Assembly (NCBI GenBank): GCA_017477355.1
Contig: JAFUWA010000022.1
Span: 1,550 to 65,549 of the forward strand
Length of the DNA: 64,000 nucleotides
Source of the DNA: Clostridia bacterium
GTDB lineage: Bacteria; Bacillota; Clostridia; TANB77; CAG-508
Direction of reading: 5' to 3'
Positions 40,055 to 50,818 of this stretch are shown one piece after another. Positions within the stretch are counted from its first letter, which is position 1; the number at the start of each line of letters is the position of its first letter. Made by a program: the position numbers and the translations under genes. Below the pieces are notes generated by a model. That model saw only the letters and a program-made list of their open reading frames with translations, made no database searches and had not been told where the DNA came from.

Positions 40055-42434
40055 GGACGATAAAGAAATAAAAGTAGTTGTTGATTATGCAAGAGGATAT
40101 TATTCTATTATTGGTGTATATAATGGTGAAGTTCATTCTATTAATAAACCAATCAATGGAGTAGATAATGATGGCTATTATAAAGATAATTTTAGTAGAA
40201 ATTTATTACGTCGTAGAAGAACTCAGATTTTTCGTAGATTAAGAAGATTAAATAAGAAGGATGAGAGCTTCCAGTATGATAAGGGAATGATTACAAAAGT
40301 AGACCCAATGTTATTTAAATTACTAGAAGATTGGGATAAAATGGCTGGAACCAATTATTCAAATGAGTATTTGAAAATAATGACTCAAAAAATTGAAAGA
40401 AATGCAGGTGGAACAGAACCAACTGATTTTTATAAAAAAAGAGTACAAAGAATAAGAATGACAAACTTTTTTGAGTCTGGTATAAGAGTTTCTTATAATG
40501 TTGGTTTATTAAATGCGAATAAAAGTTTATCCATTTTTGATAGAATCAGAGGAATAAGATTTGCAAGAGCTCAGAGAGAACTAGCTGGAGCGGATTATCA
40601 TAGCTCTTTGAGAGTCAAGAAGGATTATTATTTGCAAGATATGAGTGATTTTGTTAGTACATTAAAAGGAAGCAGAAGAGAAAGAAGATCTACTCTAAGA
40701 AGATCAAGTAGGCCGCGTGAAGAAGCTTTAGCGGAATATGAAGCAGAAAAAAACTATAGAAGAGTTCAAAGCGAAGTACAACAAGAACTTGCAACAGAAG
40801 TTCAAGGACATATGAGAGCAAAGACAGGAGAAGAGCAACCAGCAGTTGGAAGAACAGAACCAGTTCACCCAGCAAGAACTCCAGTTAGAAGATCAGGAAT
40901 TCCAGAATTTTTGAAAAAATATTCTGCAGAAAGAGCATCAGGAACAGAAGAAGGTGTATTAGCTATTGAGGCGGAAGAAGCAGCAAAAAGACAAAAAGAG
41001 AATGGGACAGAAGTAGTAGCAGAAGAGCAACCAGTAGTTAAGAAACCTGCACATAAAAGAACAATCAAACAACAACATGCGCCAAAATCTAATTCTAAAA
41101 AAGCAAAACATTATCGAGAGACAGATAAAAAGAAGAGAGTAAAGAATCATATAGGCGTTAGACCAGGACCAACTAAAAAACAAAGAGAATCAATGGCAAG
41201 AAAAGAAAAGAAAGCACAGAATTCCCATTATCTTACACAAATGCGATTGATTGAAGAAAGAGAAGAAAGAAGAAAAAGAGCTGAAGCTGGAATGGCAATT
41301 AAGAAAATGGCAGCCAGAAAAGCAGAAAAGCCAGTGCCAACAATGTCAGCTGCACCAGAAGTTGCAGAAATACTAGTACCAGCAAGTCCAGAAGAAGCAG
41401 GAAAAGTAAAGAGAAGCATAGAAGGAGTTAAGAAACCTGGTGAAATGGTTCATATTTCAAAAGGTGGAAGATTAACTAGAAGAATTCAAGCAGAAGTAAG
41501 ACATTGGAAAAGAAAAGTTCGTGAAGCAAAAGAATCTATTAAAAATAAGAAATTTAAACCACATTTAGGAGAAAAAGGAAAAAAGGCTGTAATAGTAGGA
41601 GCCATATCATTATTAGCTGTTGGTATTGTTGCAACAGGAATAAAAGTTAGCGATTTAATGAGAGGATCTTCTAATCCTACAGGAGTTGTAAGAATGGCTG
41701 ATGATGAGCATAATGAGGAAGAAAGCAGTTCAATTCAACAAAATGAAGATGGAAGTTATACAGCAATTATTGTACCGGATGAAACTGAAACTGAAACAGA
41801 GACAGAAATAGAAACCGAAAGTGCAACAGATGCAATAATTGAAGGAACAGAAGCAGTAGAATCAAATGAAATAGAGGAAACTGTTCCAGAAGAAACAGAA
41901 GCGGAAACAACGATTGCACAGGAAGAGACAGTTCCATTAGAAATTCAAACACCAGCAGATGTACAAGATGATACTCCGGCATCAACAGGTGTTGTAACAG
42001 AGGAAAAAACGGATGAAGAAAAGATTGCAGAATTTAAAGAGACAGCATTAAATGCTTATAGAGATGCAATTGTAATTGGAGAAACTCCAATGATTGGAGA
42101 TTTATTTGCAGACCAAACATATTCTGAAAATCCAGATGGAACAGGAAGAAGAGGAAGTTTTGCAAGTCATCCGGATTATGCAATTAGCCATATCAATATT
42201 GTAACAGCAGAAGGATGGCATACAGTAAGAGTAGATGGAAGAAATTTATCTGAATTACTTGCAGAATATCCAGATTATATTACATATAATTTCCATGTTG
42301 TAAATAGTAAAACTGGTGGATGGCTTGGATTTGTTACACAAAGTCAATATGAACAATTAGTACAAAATAAAGTAAATCAAATTATTGAATCTAGAACAAC
42401 TTCAAATTTAGAGTTGGAAGGATTTGATCGATAA
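40055..42434 (+). CDS. Hypothetical membrane protein (about 793 aa) with an Arg/Lys-rich region, one TM helix, an acidic TETE repeat and a conserved C-terminal domain
   Basis: Strong RBS aaaggaggg then a TTG start at 40052/40055. Function unknown. Confidence 0.4.
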
Positions 42435-42437
42435 AAA

Positions 42438-42475
42438 GATCCTTTTGGGATATTCCCAGAAGGATTATTTTTTCC
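42438..42475 (+). terminator. Rho-independent terminator
   Basis: gatccttttggg/cccagaaggatt then tttttt. Confidence 0.5.
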
Positions 42476-42539
42476 CTTGCTATCATAAGACTTTGATGAT
42501 ATAATGGTGTCGAAATGAAGAGAAAAGGAGGTAATAACG

Positions 42540-43049
42540 ATGGAATATTGGGATATATACGATATTAACAAGAAGAAAACTGGTAGAACTACTCCTAGAT
42601 TAGGATGTAAATTAAATCAGGGAGAATACCACATTGTAGTAAATGCAATCATTATTAACTCACAAGGAAAAATTTTAGTTAGTAAAAGAGCTGATTATAA
42701 ACCACATGGATTAATGTGGGAAATGAGCGGTGGTTCGATTACAGTTGGAGAAACAAGTATTGAAGGAATGATTAGAGAAGTAAAAGAAGAATTAGGAATT
42801 CAATTAGAGGAAAAAGAAGGGGTTCTTTTTAAAACGGTAAGAAGAGATGATCCTCCTGCAGATTTTAAAGATTTATGGCTATTTAAGAAAGATGTAGATT
42901 TAAGAGATATTACTTTTCCAGATGGAGAAGCAGTTGATGCAAAATGGGTTACGATTGATGAATTTGAGTCAATGGTCGAGAATAAAGAAATAATAGGAAC
43001 TCGCGATTTTGGACGAGAAGATTATGAAAAAATTATCAAAGAATTTTAA
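42540..43049 (+). CDS. NUDIX hydrolase
   Basis: Nudix box GGSITVGETSIEGMIREVKEELGI. Confidence 0.8.
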   Translation: MEYWDIYDINKKKTGRTTPRLGCKLNQGEYHIVVNAIIINSQGKILVSKRADYKPHGLMWEMSGGSITVGETSIEGMIREVKEELGIQLEEKEGVLFKTVRRDDPPADFKDLWLFKKDVDLRDITFPDGEAVDAKWVTIDEFESMVENKEIIGTRDFGREDYEKIIKEF

Positions 43050-43116
43050 AATATATACATAATATAAGACAGTATATAGAATTTTTAAATGAGATGAGGA
43101 TATATTTTTCTGAAAA

Positions 43117-43159
43117 TTGAAACAGCATACTAATTTGTATGCTGTTTCAATTTTCGTTT
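43117..43159. terminator. Bidirectional terminator between NUDIX (+) and glyA (-)
   Basis: 14 bp stem ttgaaacagcatac/gtatgctgtttcaa with flanking T/A runs. Confidence 0.65.
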
Positions 43160-43217
43160 AGAAAAATGTAGCTCATAGCGTCCGCAAATCGAATTTTAAA
43201 AATTGCTATATACAGTC

Positions 43218-44462
43218 TTAATTATTATATAGTGGAAAGTCTTTTGTTAATTTTTCAACTTTTTCTAAGATATGAGCTTTATGAGATTCGAAATCTGGTT
43301 CAGCGCATAAATTAATTAAATCAGCAATTATTTTCATTTGTTCTTCTTTCATTCCACGAGTTGTTAATGCTGGTGTTCCAAGTCTTACTCCAGAAGTTAC
43401 TTTTTTGTTTTCTGTATCGAAAGGAACAGCGTTCTTGTTTGCTGTAATTCTAACAGAGTCTAATCTTTGTTCTAATTCTAATCCAGTTATATTTTTATTT
43501 CTTAAATCTAAAAGAACTAAATGGTTATCGGTTCCTCCAGTTAAAACATTGAATCCATTTTTAATCAATTGTTCTGCTAAAGCAGCAGCATTTTTCACAA
43601 CTTGTTTTTGATATTCTTTAAAAGCAGGTTCTAATGCTTCTTTAAAAGCAACAGCTTTTGCTGCAATAACATGTTCTAAAGGTCCACCTTGTGTTTTTGG
43701 AAATACCGCTAAATCTATTTTTTTAGCCCATTCTTCTTTGCAAAGAATGATACCGCCTCTAGGCCCTCTTAATGTTTTATGAGTTGTGCTTGTAACAAAA
43801 TCTGCATATGGAACAGGACTAGGATGAACACCTGCTGCAACTAAACCTGCAATATGAGCCATATCAACCATTAATAAACTTCCTGATTTATCAGCAATTT
43901 CTCTAAATCTTTTGAAATCGATAATTCTAGGATAAGCGCTAGCTCCTGTAATAATTAATTTTGGCTTATGTTCCAAAGCTAATTTTTCAACTTCATCATA
44001 GTCGATAGTATAAGTTTCTGGGTTTACATCATAATAAATAGGTTCATAAAATCTACTTTGAGCAGTTGCTTTAGACATATGGGAAATGTGTCCACCAGAA
44101 TTTAAAGTCATTGTTAAAACTTTATCTCCTGGTTCTAAGCAAGCAACATAAACTGCTTCGTTAGCTTGAGCACCGCTATGTGGTTGAACATTTGCATGTT
44201 CTGCTCCAAACAATTTTTTTAATCTTTCTCTTGCTATGTCTTCCGCAATATCAACATTTTGGCAGCCTGCATAATATCGATGTCCAGGATATCCTTCTGC
44301 ATATTTATTAGTCATGTAAGATCCCATAGCCTCCATGACAGCTTCTGAAGTAAAATTTTCACTAGCAATCATTTCTAGATTATCTTGTTGCCTTTTTTTC
44401 TCTTTTTGAATTGCTTCGTAAATTTCAGGATCTGTATTTTTTAAATGGTCAAAATGAATCAT
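43218..44462 (-). CDS. glyA: Serine hydroxymethyltransferase
   Basis: Full-length (414 aa) match to the SHMT pattern: [14 protein letters not shown], the PLP-lysine region [12 protein letters not shown], and so on. Confidence 0.95.
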   Translation of the reverse strand: MIHFDHLKNTDPEIYEAIQKEKKRQQDNLEMIASENFTSEAVMEAMGSYMTNKYAEGYPGHRYYAGCQNVDIAEDIARERLKKLFGAEHANVQPHSGAQANEAVYVACLEPGDKVLTMTLNSGGHISHMSKATAQSRFYEPIYYDVNPETYTIDYDEVEKLALEHKPKLIITGASAYPRIIDFKRFREIADKSGSLLMVDMAHIAGLVAAGVHPSPVPYADFVTSTTHKTLRGPRGGIILCKEEWAKKIDLAVFPKTQGGPLEHVIAAKAVAFKEALEPAFKEYQKQVVKNAAALAEQLIKNGFNVLTGGTDNHLVLLDLRNKNITGLELEQRLDSVRITANKNAVPFDTENKKVTSGVRLGTPALTTRGMKEEQMKIIADLINLCAEPDFESHKAHILEKVEKLTKDFPLYNN

Positions 44463-44649
44463 AATGTCACGCTCCTTTTTAAAATTTCTAAGGCAATTAT
44501 ATCTGTTTTAATTTTATAAATCAATCATTTTTTGTATTTTTAACATAAATTCATCAAAATATTTATTTTCTGGGCTTTGAGGGTTGAAAAAATCAAATAA
44601 AAGTTGTATAATATTGAGAAATGCAATAAAAGAAAAGAGGGATGACAAT

Positions 44650-45714
44650 ATGGAAGAAGATATTACAATAGGAGAAATCACTAGAATGGTTGAGAGTTCT
44701 TCTACAAGCATCGAATTATCAGATAATGAACTAAAGAAAAGATATTTACTATGGAATATTGCAGCATTTAATACAATTGCTTCTAAAGTAGATGTAGGAA
44801 TTGCAACTTTTGGAACAGGATATCCTTTTTATGCATTAGATAGAAATTTGAATGGAGAAATTCCTGTCATTCCAGAACAAATAAGATATAATAGACAATT
44901 AGTGAGAGATACAAGAAAATATCAAAGATCTATTTATGAATGTGTCGGATGTTTAGGAAGAAATTATAGCAACATGAGAGACTTAAAGACAATTTGTAAG
45001 CCATGTCCTAATACACCTGATAGTGCAAAACCAAGAAAATTGATTAATCGTTTGCCAGATATAGATATGTGGCTCGTTTGCGAAGATGGAAAGGTAGAAG
45101 AAGCAAAAGAACAATTAAAGGCGCTTCTTGAAAAATATAATATGTTATCATCAGATGTAGCACCTATGATTTCTATTCAAAAAGTAAAAGAAATAGCAGA
45201 GGCTTTAAAAAATGGGCGTTTCCCAGAAAAAGGTATGTATTTGCCAATAGATGCACATATTGTAGAGTATTCTTATATTGAGAAATTAATAAGAGGAGTT
45301 CCTGCAGAGATGGATTTTTCAGCAAGAACTGGAAAAGTGCCATATTTACCAATTCATCCAGTGTCTCTTAGAAAAGAATGGCAACAAGACGATACAGCTT
45401 ATAATTTTATTTATGATTTTTTAGCAGCTTTTACAACATTTGGCTTTCCAGAAGAATTAGGATGCCGTATAGATGGAATAAGATTTGCTTTATCACATAG
45501 ATATGCACCAGAAGAGTTATATCAACTTTTAATGCAATCTGCTACAGATGCTAATAGAAGAAGATTCCAAACTCCTAAAATAAAAGAAATATTTTTGAGA
45601 AAAATGCAAGATTGGGGAGAAATGCCTATTAATTTGTTATCAACGAGTGAAGAAAGCAAAAAGCCAGTGGATGTTCCAGTAAGTAACGGCCCAAGCACAG
45701 ATGATGATTTATAG
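44650..45714 (+). CDS. Hypothetical protein with a CxxC...CxxC zinc-ribbon and a possible nucleotidyltransferase-like core
   Basis: CVGCLGRNYSNMRDLKTICKPCPNT. A -10 tataat lies at 44613. RBS agaggg then ATG at 44650. Confidence 0.4.
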   Translation: MEEDITIGEITRMVESSSTSIELSDNELKKRYLLWNIAAFNTIASKVDVGIATFGTGYPFYALDRNLNGEIPVIPEQIRYNRQLVRDTRKYQRSIYECVGCLGRNYSNMRDLKTICKPCPNTPDSAKPRKLINRLPDIDMWLVCEDGKVEEAKEQLKALLEKYNMLSSDVAPMISIQKVKEIAEALKNGRFPEKGMYLPIDAHIVEYSYIEKLIRGVPAEMDFSARTGKVPYLPIHPVSLRKEWQQDDTAYNFIYDFLAAFTTFGFPEELGCRIDGIRFALSHRYAPEELYQLLMQSATDANRRRFQTPKIKEIFLRKMQDWGEMPINLLSTSEESKKPVDVPVSNGPSTDDDL

Positions 45715-45731
45715 AAAGAGAGGAATAAGAG

Positions 45732-46616
45732 ATGAAAATTGATTTACATATGCATACAACAATGTCAGATGGAGCATTTACTCCAAAGCAAGTAATTGAT
45801 ATGGCTTATCAAAATGGAGTAAAATATATGTCAATTTCTGACCATGACACAATTGAAAGTTATAATGAAGAACTATTTCAATACGCAGAAAGTAAAGGAA
45901 TTAAATTAATTCCAGCTGTTGAGATTTCTACGAAAACAGATAAAGTAGGAATTCATGTTTTGGGGTATAATTATGATTTAAAAAATCAGGAATTTCGTGA
46001 TAGATTATATCAAATTCGAAATGCAAGACATATTTACTTGCACGAAGTGGGAGAAAAACTTGCAGAATTAGGATATAAGTTAAATGTAGAAGAATTAGAT
46101 AAGATTGATGCTGTAACAAAAGCACATATTTCATTAGATATTATTAATTGTAAAGAAAACCAAGAGTTACTTTTGAAAAATTTTGGACATATTCCTAATA
46201 AAGGAGAATTTATTGAGGCCGTTATGAATGAAAATTGTCCAGCGTATGTACGTAAAACATCTGTAACACCAAAAGAGGCAGCCGAGATCATCAGAGCGGC
46301 TGGAGGAAAGGTAGTTTTGGCCCATCCTGTTGCATATGCTCATGAAGATAATTTAACAGAAGAAGATATTCAAAAAATTGTAGATAGTATGAATCCGGAC
46401 GGAATTGAAGCAAACTATATTTATGTTGATAGTAGTAATCAGATGTTTAATGAAGTAGAAAAATGGAGAAAGTTTGCTGAAAAAAATCATAAATTTGTAA
46501 CTTGTGGTTCTGATTTCCACAATCGTGATGGAATAAGACCAGAAATTGGATTTGTCAATGTTGATTTTTCATTGACAGATGAAGAAATTGAAGAAATTGT
46601 AAAGAATTTGATTTAA
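45732..46616 (+). CDS. PHP-domain metal-dependent phosphoesterase (TrpH/YcdX-like)
   Basis: MKIDLHMHTTMSDGAFTP...ISDHDT is the PHP histidine motif. Confidence 0.75.
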   Translation: MKIDLHMHTTMSDGAFTPKQVIDMAYQNGVKYMSISDHDTIESYNEELFQYAESKGIKLIPAVEISTKTDKVGIHVLGYNYDLKNQEFRDRLYQIRNARHIYLHEVGEKLAELGYKLNVEELDKIDAVTKAHISLDIINCKENQELLLKNFGHIPNKGEFIEAVMNENCPAYVRKTSVTPKEAAEIIRAAGGKVVLAHPVAYAHEDNLTEEDIQKIVDSMNPDGIEANYIYVDSSNQMFNEVEKWRKFAEKNHKFVTCGSDFHNRDGIRPEIGFVNVDFSLTDEEIEEIVKNLI

Positions 46617-46728
46617 GAAAACAATTCTTTTTTGATACTTTTGGGATTTCACAGAATTTTCACAAAAACAACACTCATAAAAAACAAACCTCCTATAAAA
46701 TAGTAAAAAATAAAAAGGAGGTAAAGCT

Positions 46729-46938
46729 ATGGAGAATATGGAAAGAACAAAAGCAAAAAATTTCATTAGATTTTACAATGATGAAGAAATCCAATCTATG
46801 AATTTTCTTTTTGGAAAAAATGATTCTAATAATTGGTTTACCCAAGAAGAACTTGCATTTGCTTGCGACGTAGATTTACTTAATAAAGAAAATTTAGAAG
46901 ATGCTAGAAGCAATTGGTTGAGTATAAGTTTTGAGTAA
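46729..46938 (+). CDS. Small hypothetical protein (69 aa)
   Basis: Very strong RBS aaaaggaggtaaagct then ATG. Confidence 0.45.
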   Translation: MENMERTKAKNFIRFYNDEEIQSMNFLFGKNDSNNWFTQEELAFACDVDLLNKENLEDARSNWLSISFE

Positions 46939-47036
46939 TAAAATGAGATAAAAATAGGAGAACGGGAAATTGGAGTTGCCAATTTCTCGTTTTTGTATTA
47001 TAATAGAAAAATGGGATAAAAAGGAGGAGAGATATT

Positions 47037-47444
47037 ATGAGAAAAGAAACATGTTGTGGATGTATTATAGTAGAAGACAGAAAAGTACTATTAGTCCAAG
47101 AAAAACAAGGACATTGGGGATTACCAAAAGGTCATGTAGAAGGAAATGAAACACATGAAGAAACTGCCATAAGAGAAGTAAAAGAAGAAACAAATCTTGA
47201 TGTAGAAATCAACTCTTCTAAAGTATTTGAAATAAGCTATATTATTGATGACATTGATGAGGATATTGATAAAACAGTTTATTTTTATCCAGCTAAAGTA
47301 ATAAAAGGTGATGCTGAAAGACAGGAATCAGAAATTAATGAGATAAAGTGGGTCCCTGTAGAGAATGCTGTTTCACAGTTAACATATGATAATGTAAAAG
47401 TAATGCTTGAAAATGCATTAAAAGAATTGGGATATATTCAATAA
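47037..47444 (+). CDS. NUDIX hydrolase (MutT/Ap4A hydrolase-like)
   Basis: Nudix box GHWGLPKGHVEGNETHEETAIREVKEETNL. Confidence 0.8.
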   Translation: MRKETCCGCIIVEDRKVLLVQEKQGHWGLPKGHVEGNETHEETAIREVKEETNLDVEINSSKVFEISYIIDDIDEDIDKTVYFYPAKVIKGDAERQESEINEIKWVPVENAVSQLTYDNVKVMLENALKELGYIQ

Positions 47445-47460
47445 AATATAATCCGCAAAT

Positions 47461-47496
47461 AAGTGGTGTTTTGAGAAAAAACACCACTTATTTTTT
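47461..47496 (+). terminator. Rho-independent terminator
   Basis: aagtggtgtttt/aaaacaccactt then tttttt. Confidence 0.7.
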
Positions 47497-47517
47497 GTGC
47501 AACACAGAAGAATATTT

Positions 47518-47544
47518 TTAGCACTCTCTACTTGACAGTGCTAA
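47518..47544 (+). promoter_or_regulatory. CIRCE-like inverted repeat (HrcA operator) overlapping the -35 of the clpB promoter
   Basis: TTAGCACTC-N9-CAGTGCTAA against consensus TTAGCACTC-N9-GAGTGCTAA. The promoter ttgaca (47532), 17 nt, tataat (47555) overlaps it. Confidence 0.6.
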
Positions 47545-47593
47545 AAATAAGTTGTATAATTATTTTTGCAAGAAGAAAATAAAGGGGGTAAAA

Positions 47594-50192
47594 ATGATGA
47601 ATATACAAAAATTTACACAAAAATCAATAGATGCGATAACAAAAGCTCAAGAGCTTGTTATTCAAAATCAGAATGCTCAAGTAGAGCAAGAACATATTCT
47701 ACTTGCCCTATTAGAACAAGAAAATAGTTTAATTAAAGAACTTTTGAAAAAAATGAATGTGAATATAGAAGGCTTTTGTCTTGAAGTAAAAAGAAAAGTA
47801 GATGGAAAAGCCAAAATGTCTGGAGGAGCAAGAAGTAGTAATGGTATTTATGTTGCTCAGGATGTAGATGAAATGCTAGTGGAGGCAGAAAATATTGCTG
47901 ATAGAATGAAAGATGACTATGTTTCTGTAGAACATATTATGATTGCAATGCTTGATAAACCTAATAAAGAAGTAGGAAATATCTTCAAAACGTTTAACAT
48001 AAAAAAAGAGGAATTTTTAAAGGTTTTAAAAGATGTTCGTGGAAATGTAAGAGTAACAACTGACAATCCAGAATCTACTTATGACGCACTTTCTAAGTAT
48101 GGTCAAGATTTGGTAGATGCTGCAAGAAAACGGAAAGTTAGATCCAGTTATTGGCAGAGACAATGAAATTAGAAATGTGATTCGAATTTTGTCTAGGAAA
48201 ACGAAAAATAATCCATGTTTAATTGGTGAGCCTGGCGTTGGTAAAACTGCAATTGCTGAAGGATTAGCATTAAGGATTTTAAGAGGAGATGTTCCGGAGA
48301 ATTTAAAAGATTGTACGATTTTTTCTCTTGACATGGGAGCTTTGGTTGCTGGTGCTAAATATAGAGGTGAATTTGAGGAAAGATTAAAAGCAGTTTTGCA
48401 AGAAATTAAAAAGAGTGATGGAAGAATTATTCTATTTATTGATGAGATTCATACAATCGTTGGGGCTGGTAAAACAGATGGAGCGATGGATGCTGGAAAC
48501 TTACTAAAACCAATGCTTGCTCGTGGCGAGTTACATTGTATTGGCACTACAACTTTAAATGAATATAGACAGTACATAGAAAAAGATCCTGCTTTAGAGC
48601 GTAGATTTCAACATGTTTTAGTTGATGAACCAACTGTTGAAGATACAATTACAATTTTAAGAGGCCTAAAAGAAAGATATGAAGTATATCATGGTGTCAA
48701 AATTGCAGATCAAGCATTAGTATCAGCAGCGACATTATCTCATAGATATATTACAGATAGATTCTTGCCAGATAAAGCAATTGACTTAATTGATGAAGCT
48801 TGTTCAATGATAAAAACAGAAATGAATTCTATGCCACAAGAATTAGATGAAGTCTCTAGAAAAATCATGCAATTAGAGATTGAAGAAACCGCTTTATCTA
48901 AAGAAACAGATGAAATTTCAAAAACACGTTTAGAGGATATTCAAAAAGAAAAAGCAGAATTAAAAGATAAATTTGATTCTATGAAAGCGAAATGGGAAAA
49001 TGAAAAAGTATCTATTGGCGTTGTTCAAAAATTACGTGGAGAAATAGAGCAAGTAAATAGTGAAATTGAAAAGGCAGAAAGAAATTACGAGTTAAATAAA
49101 GCAGCAGAATTGAAATATGGAAAGCTTCCAGAATTGAAAAAGAAATTAGCAGAAGAAGAGGAAAAAGAAGGGAAAAAGAAAGAAAACAGTTTATTAAGAA
49201 ATAAAGTAACAGAAGAAGAAATTACAAAGATTATTTCTAGATGGACAGGAATTCCTGTAACAAAATTAATGGAAGGGGAAAGAGAAAAAATCTTGAACCT
49301 AGACAAAATCTTACATAAGAGAGTAATAGGCCAAGAAGAAGCAGTAGAAAAAGTAACAGAAGCAATTATGCGTTCAAGAGCAGGAATTTCAGATCCACGT
49401 AGACCAATTGGCTCTTTTATGTTCCTAGGCCCTACTGGTGTTGGTAAGACAGAACTTGCAAAAAGCTTGGCGGAGAGTTTGTTTGATGATGAACATAATA
49501 TGATAAGAATTGATATGAGTGAATATATGGAAAAATTCAGCGTTTCAAGATTAATTGGCGCACCTCCAGGATATGTTGGATATGAAGAGGGAGGACAATT
49601 AACAGAGGCAGTAAGACGTAAACCATATTCAGTTATCCTATTTGATGAGATTGAGAAAGCACATCCAGATGTGTTTAACATATTATTGCAAGTATTAGAT
49701 GATGGACGTGTAACTGATTCTCAAGGAAGAACTGTCGATTTCAAAAATACCATTATTATTTTAACATCAAATTTAGGATCAGACTTTATTTTAGAGGGTA
49801 TTAATCAAGACGGAGAAATTTCAGATGAAGCTAAAGAAAAGGTAGAAGGATTATTAAAGCGTAGTTTTAGACCAGAATTTTTGAATCGTCTAGATGAAAT
49901 TGTTTTCTATAAACCATTGAAAAAAGATGAAATTGGAAATATTTTAGATTTATTAGTAGTCGATTTAAATAAAAGATTAGATGATAAACATATTAGTTTA
50001 GAGTTAACAGAAAATGCTAAAACTTATTTAATTGATAATGGTTATAGCCAGACTTATGGTGCAAGACCGTTAAAGAGATTTGTACAAAAGAAACTAGAAA
50101 CATTGATGGCAAAATTAATCTTAGAGCAAAAAATTATGCCAAATTCAAAAGTCGTAATTGATTGCGAGAATAATGAATTAGTGCTAAAGTAA
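47594..50192 (+). CDS. clpB: Chaperone ATPase ClpB, frame change at in-frame CGG 48131
   Basis: N-domain, two AAA modules ([16 protein letters not shown]) and a middle coiled coil. The conserved [14 protein letters not shown] is obtained only if aaa-cgg-aaa is read as aaa-gga. Confidence 0.9.
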
Positions 50193-50244
50193 AAATTACT
50201 ATATAATTTTTCTATTCGTTATTTATTTGTTATTTTTGAGAAAA

Positions 50245-50275
50245 TTTGCAAAATTTTTTAAACCTGCTATAATAA
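50245..50275 (+). promoter_or_regulatory. Near-consensus sigma-A promoter of the GC-rich ORF
   Basis: ttgcaa, 17 nt, tataat. RBS aggagga then ATG at 50317. Confidence 0.55.
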
Positions 50276-50316
50276 TAATTATAATTCACCGCCAAAGATG
50301 GCAGGAGGATACCAAA

Positions 50317-50709
50317 ATGGTCATTAGAAAGACCATCATTGATTTCGGTGCACTTCGGGTAAAGTTCCAAGACATCAGGAATGAGATTGCTAGATCGAAG
50401 CATTTGCCGAACATTCATCGCGAGATATTGCTGACCATATACGATAAACTTCTAGAAGGAATTGACCATAAGAAGTTTAGCTCGTACACAGATATGACCA
50501 TTTTTTCAGTTCAGATTGAGTACAAGGATATTTTGATAAAGGTGAAGTATAGGCTGTCAGAGCTATACAAGTCCTATCAAGATGTCCCGGATATGGATGG
50601 ACTGATTAATGAGATTGAACGGACAGCAAAAGAGTGTGGGTTAAGTGTTAAGAGAAAAGGCAGAAAAGTTCTGGAGGAATTGGAAGTCTATCTGAAGACT
50701 AACCGATGA
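50317..50709 (+). CDS. Hypothetical protein (130 aa) in a compositionally foreign, roughly 41% GC cassette
   Basis: Codon usage (cgg, ccg, cgc, tcg) is atypical for the window. It has its own promoter and terminator. It contains two in-frame CGG codons with no frame break. Confidence 0.5.
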   Translation: MVIRKTIIDFGALRVKFQDIRNEIARSKHLPNIHREILLTIYDKLLEGIDHKKFSSYTDMTIFSVQIEYKDILIKVKYRLSELYKSYQDVPDMDGLINEIERTAKECGLSVKRKGRKVLEELEVYLKTNR

Positions 50710-50740
50710 GGAGACCGCTATGGTCTCCAATTTTTTTATT
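50708..50740 (+). terminator. Rho-independent terminator
   Basis: ggagacc-gctat-ggtctcc then ttttttt. Confidence 0.7.
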
Positions 50741-50818
50741 TATTTTCAAAATTTGATTTACAATGAAAATCCTATATGATATAATTTGTTTGTGTAATAT
50801 ATATGAGGTGATAAAAAG

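Noticed and set aside
47594-48170. clpB internal start (ClpB-short isoform) as the explanation for the two ORF pieces
   Set aside because: The known internal start is near residue 149 and in frame. Here the break is at residue about 180 and changes frame. It is explained by the CGG +1 site at 48131.
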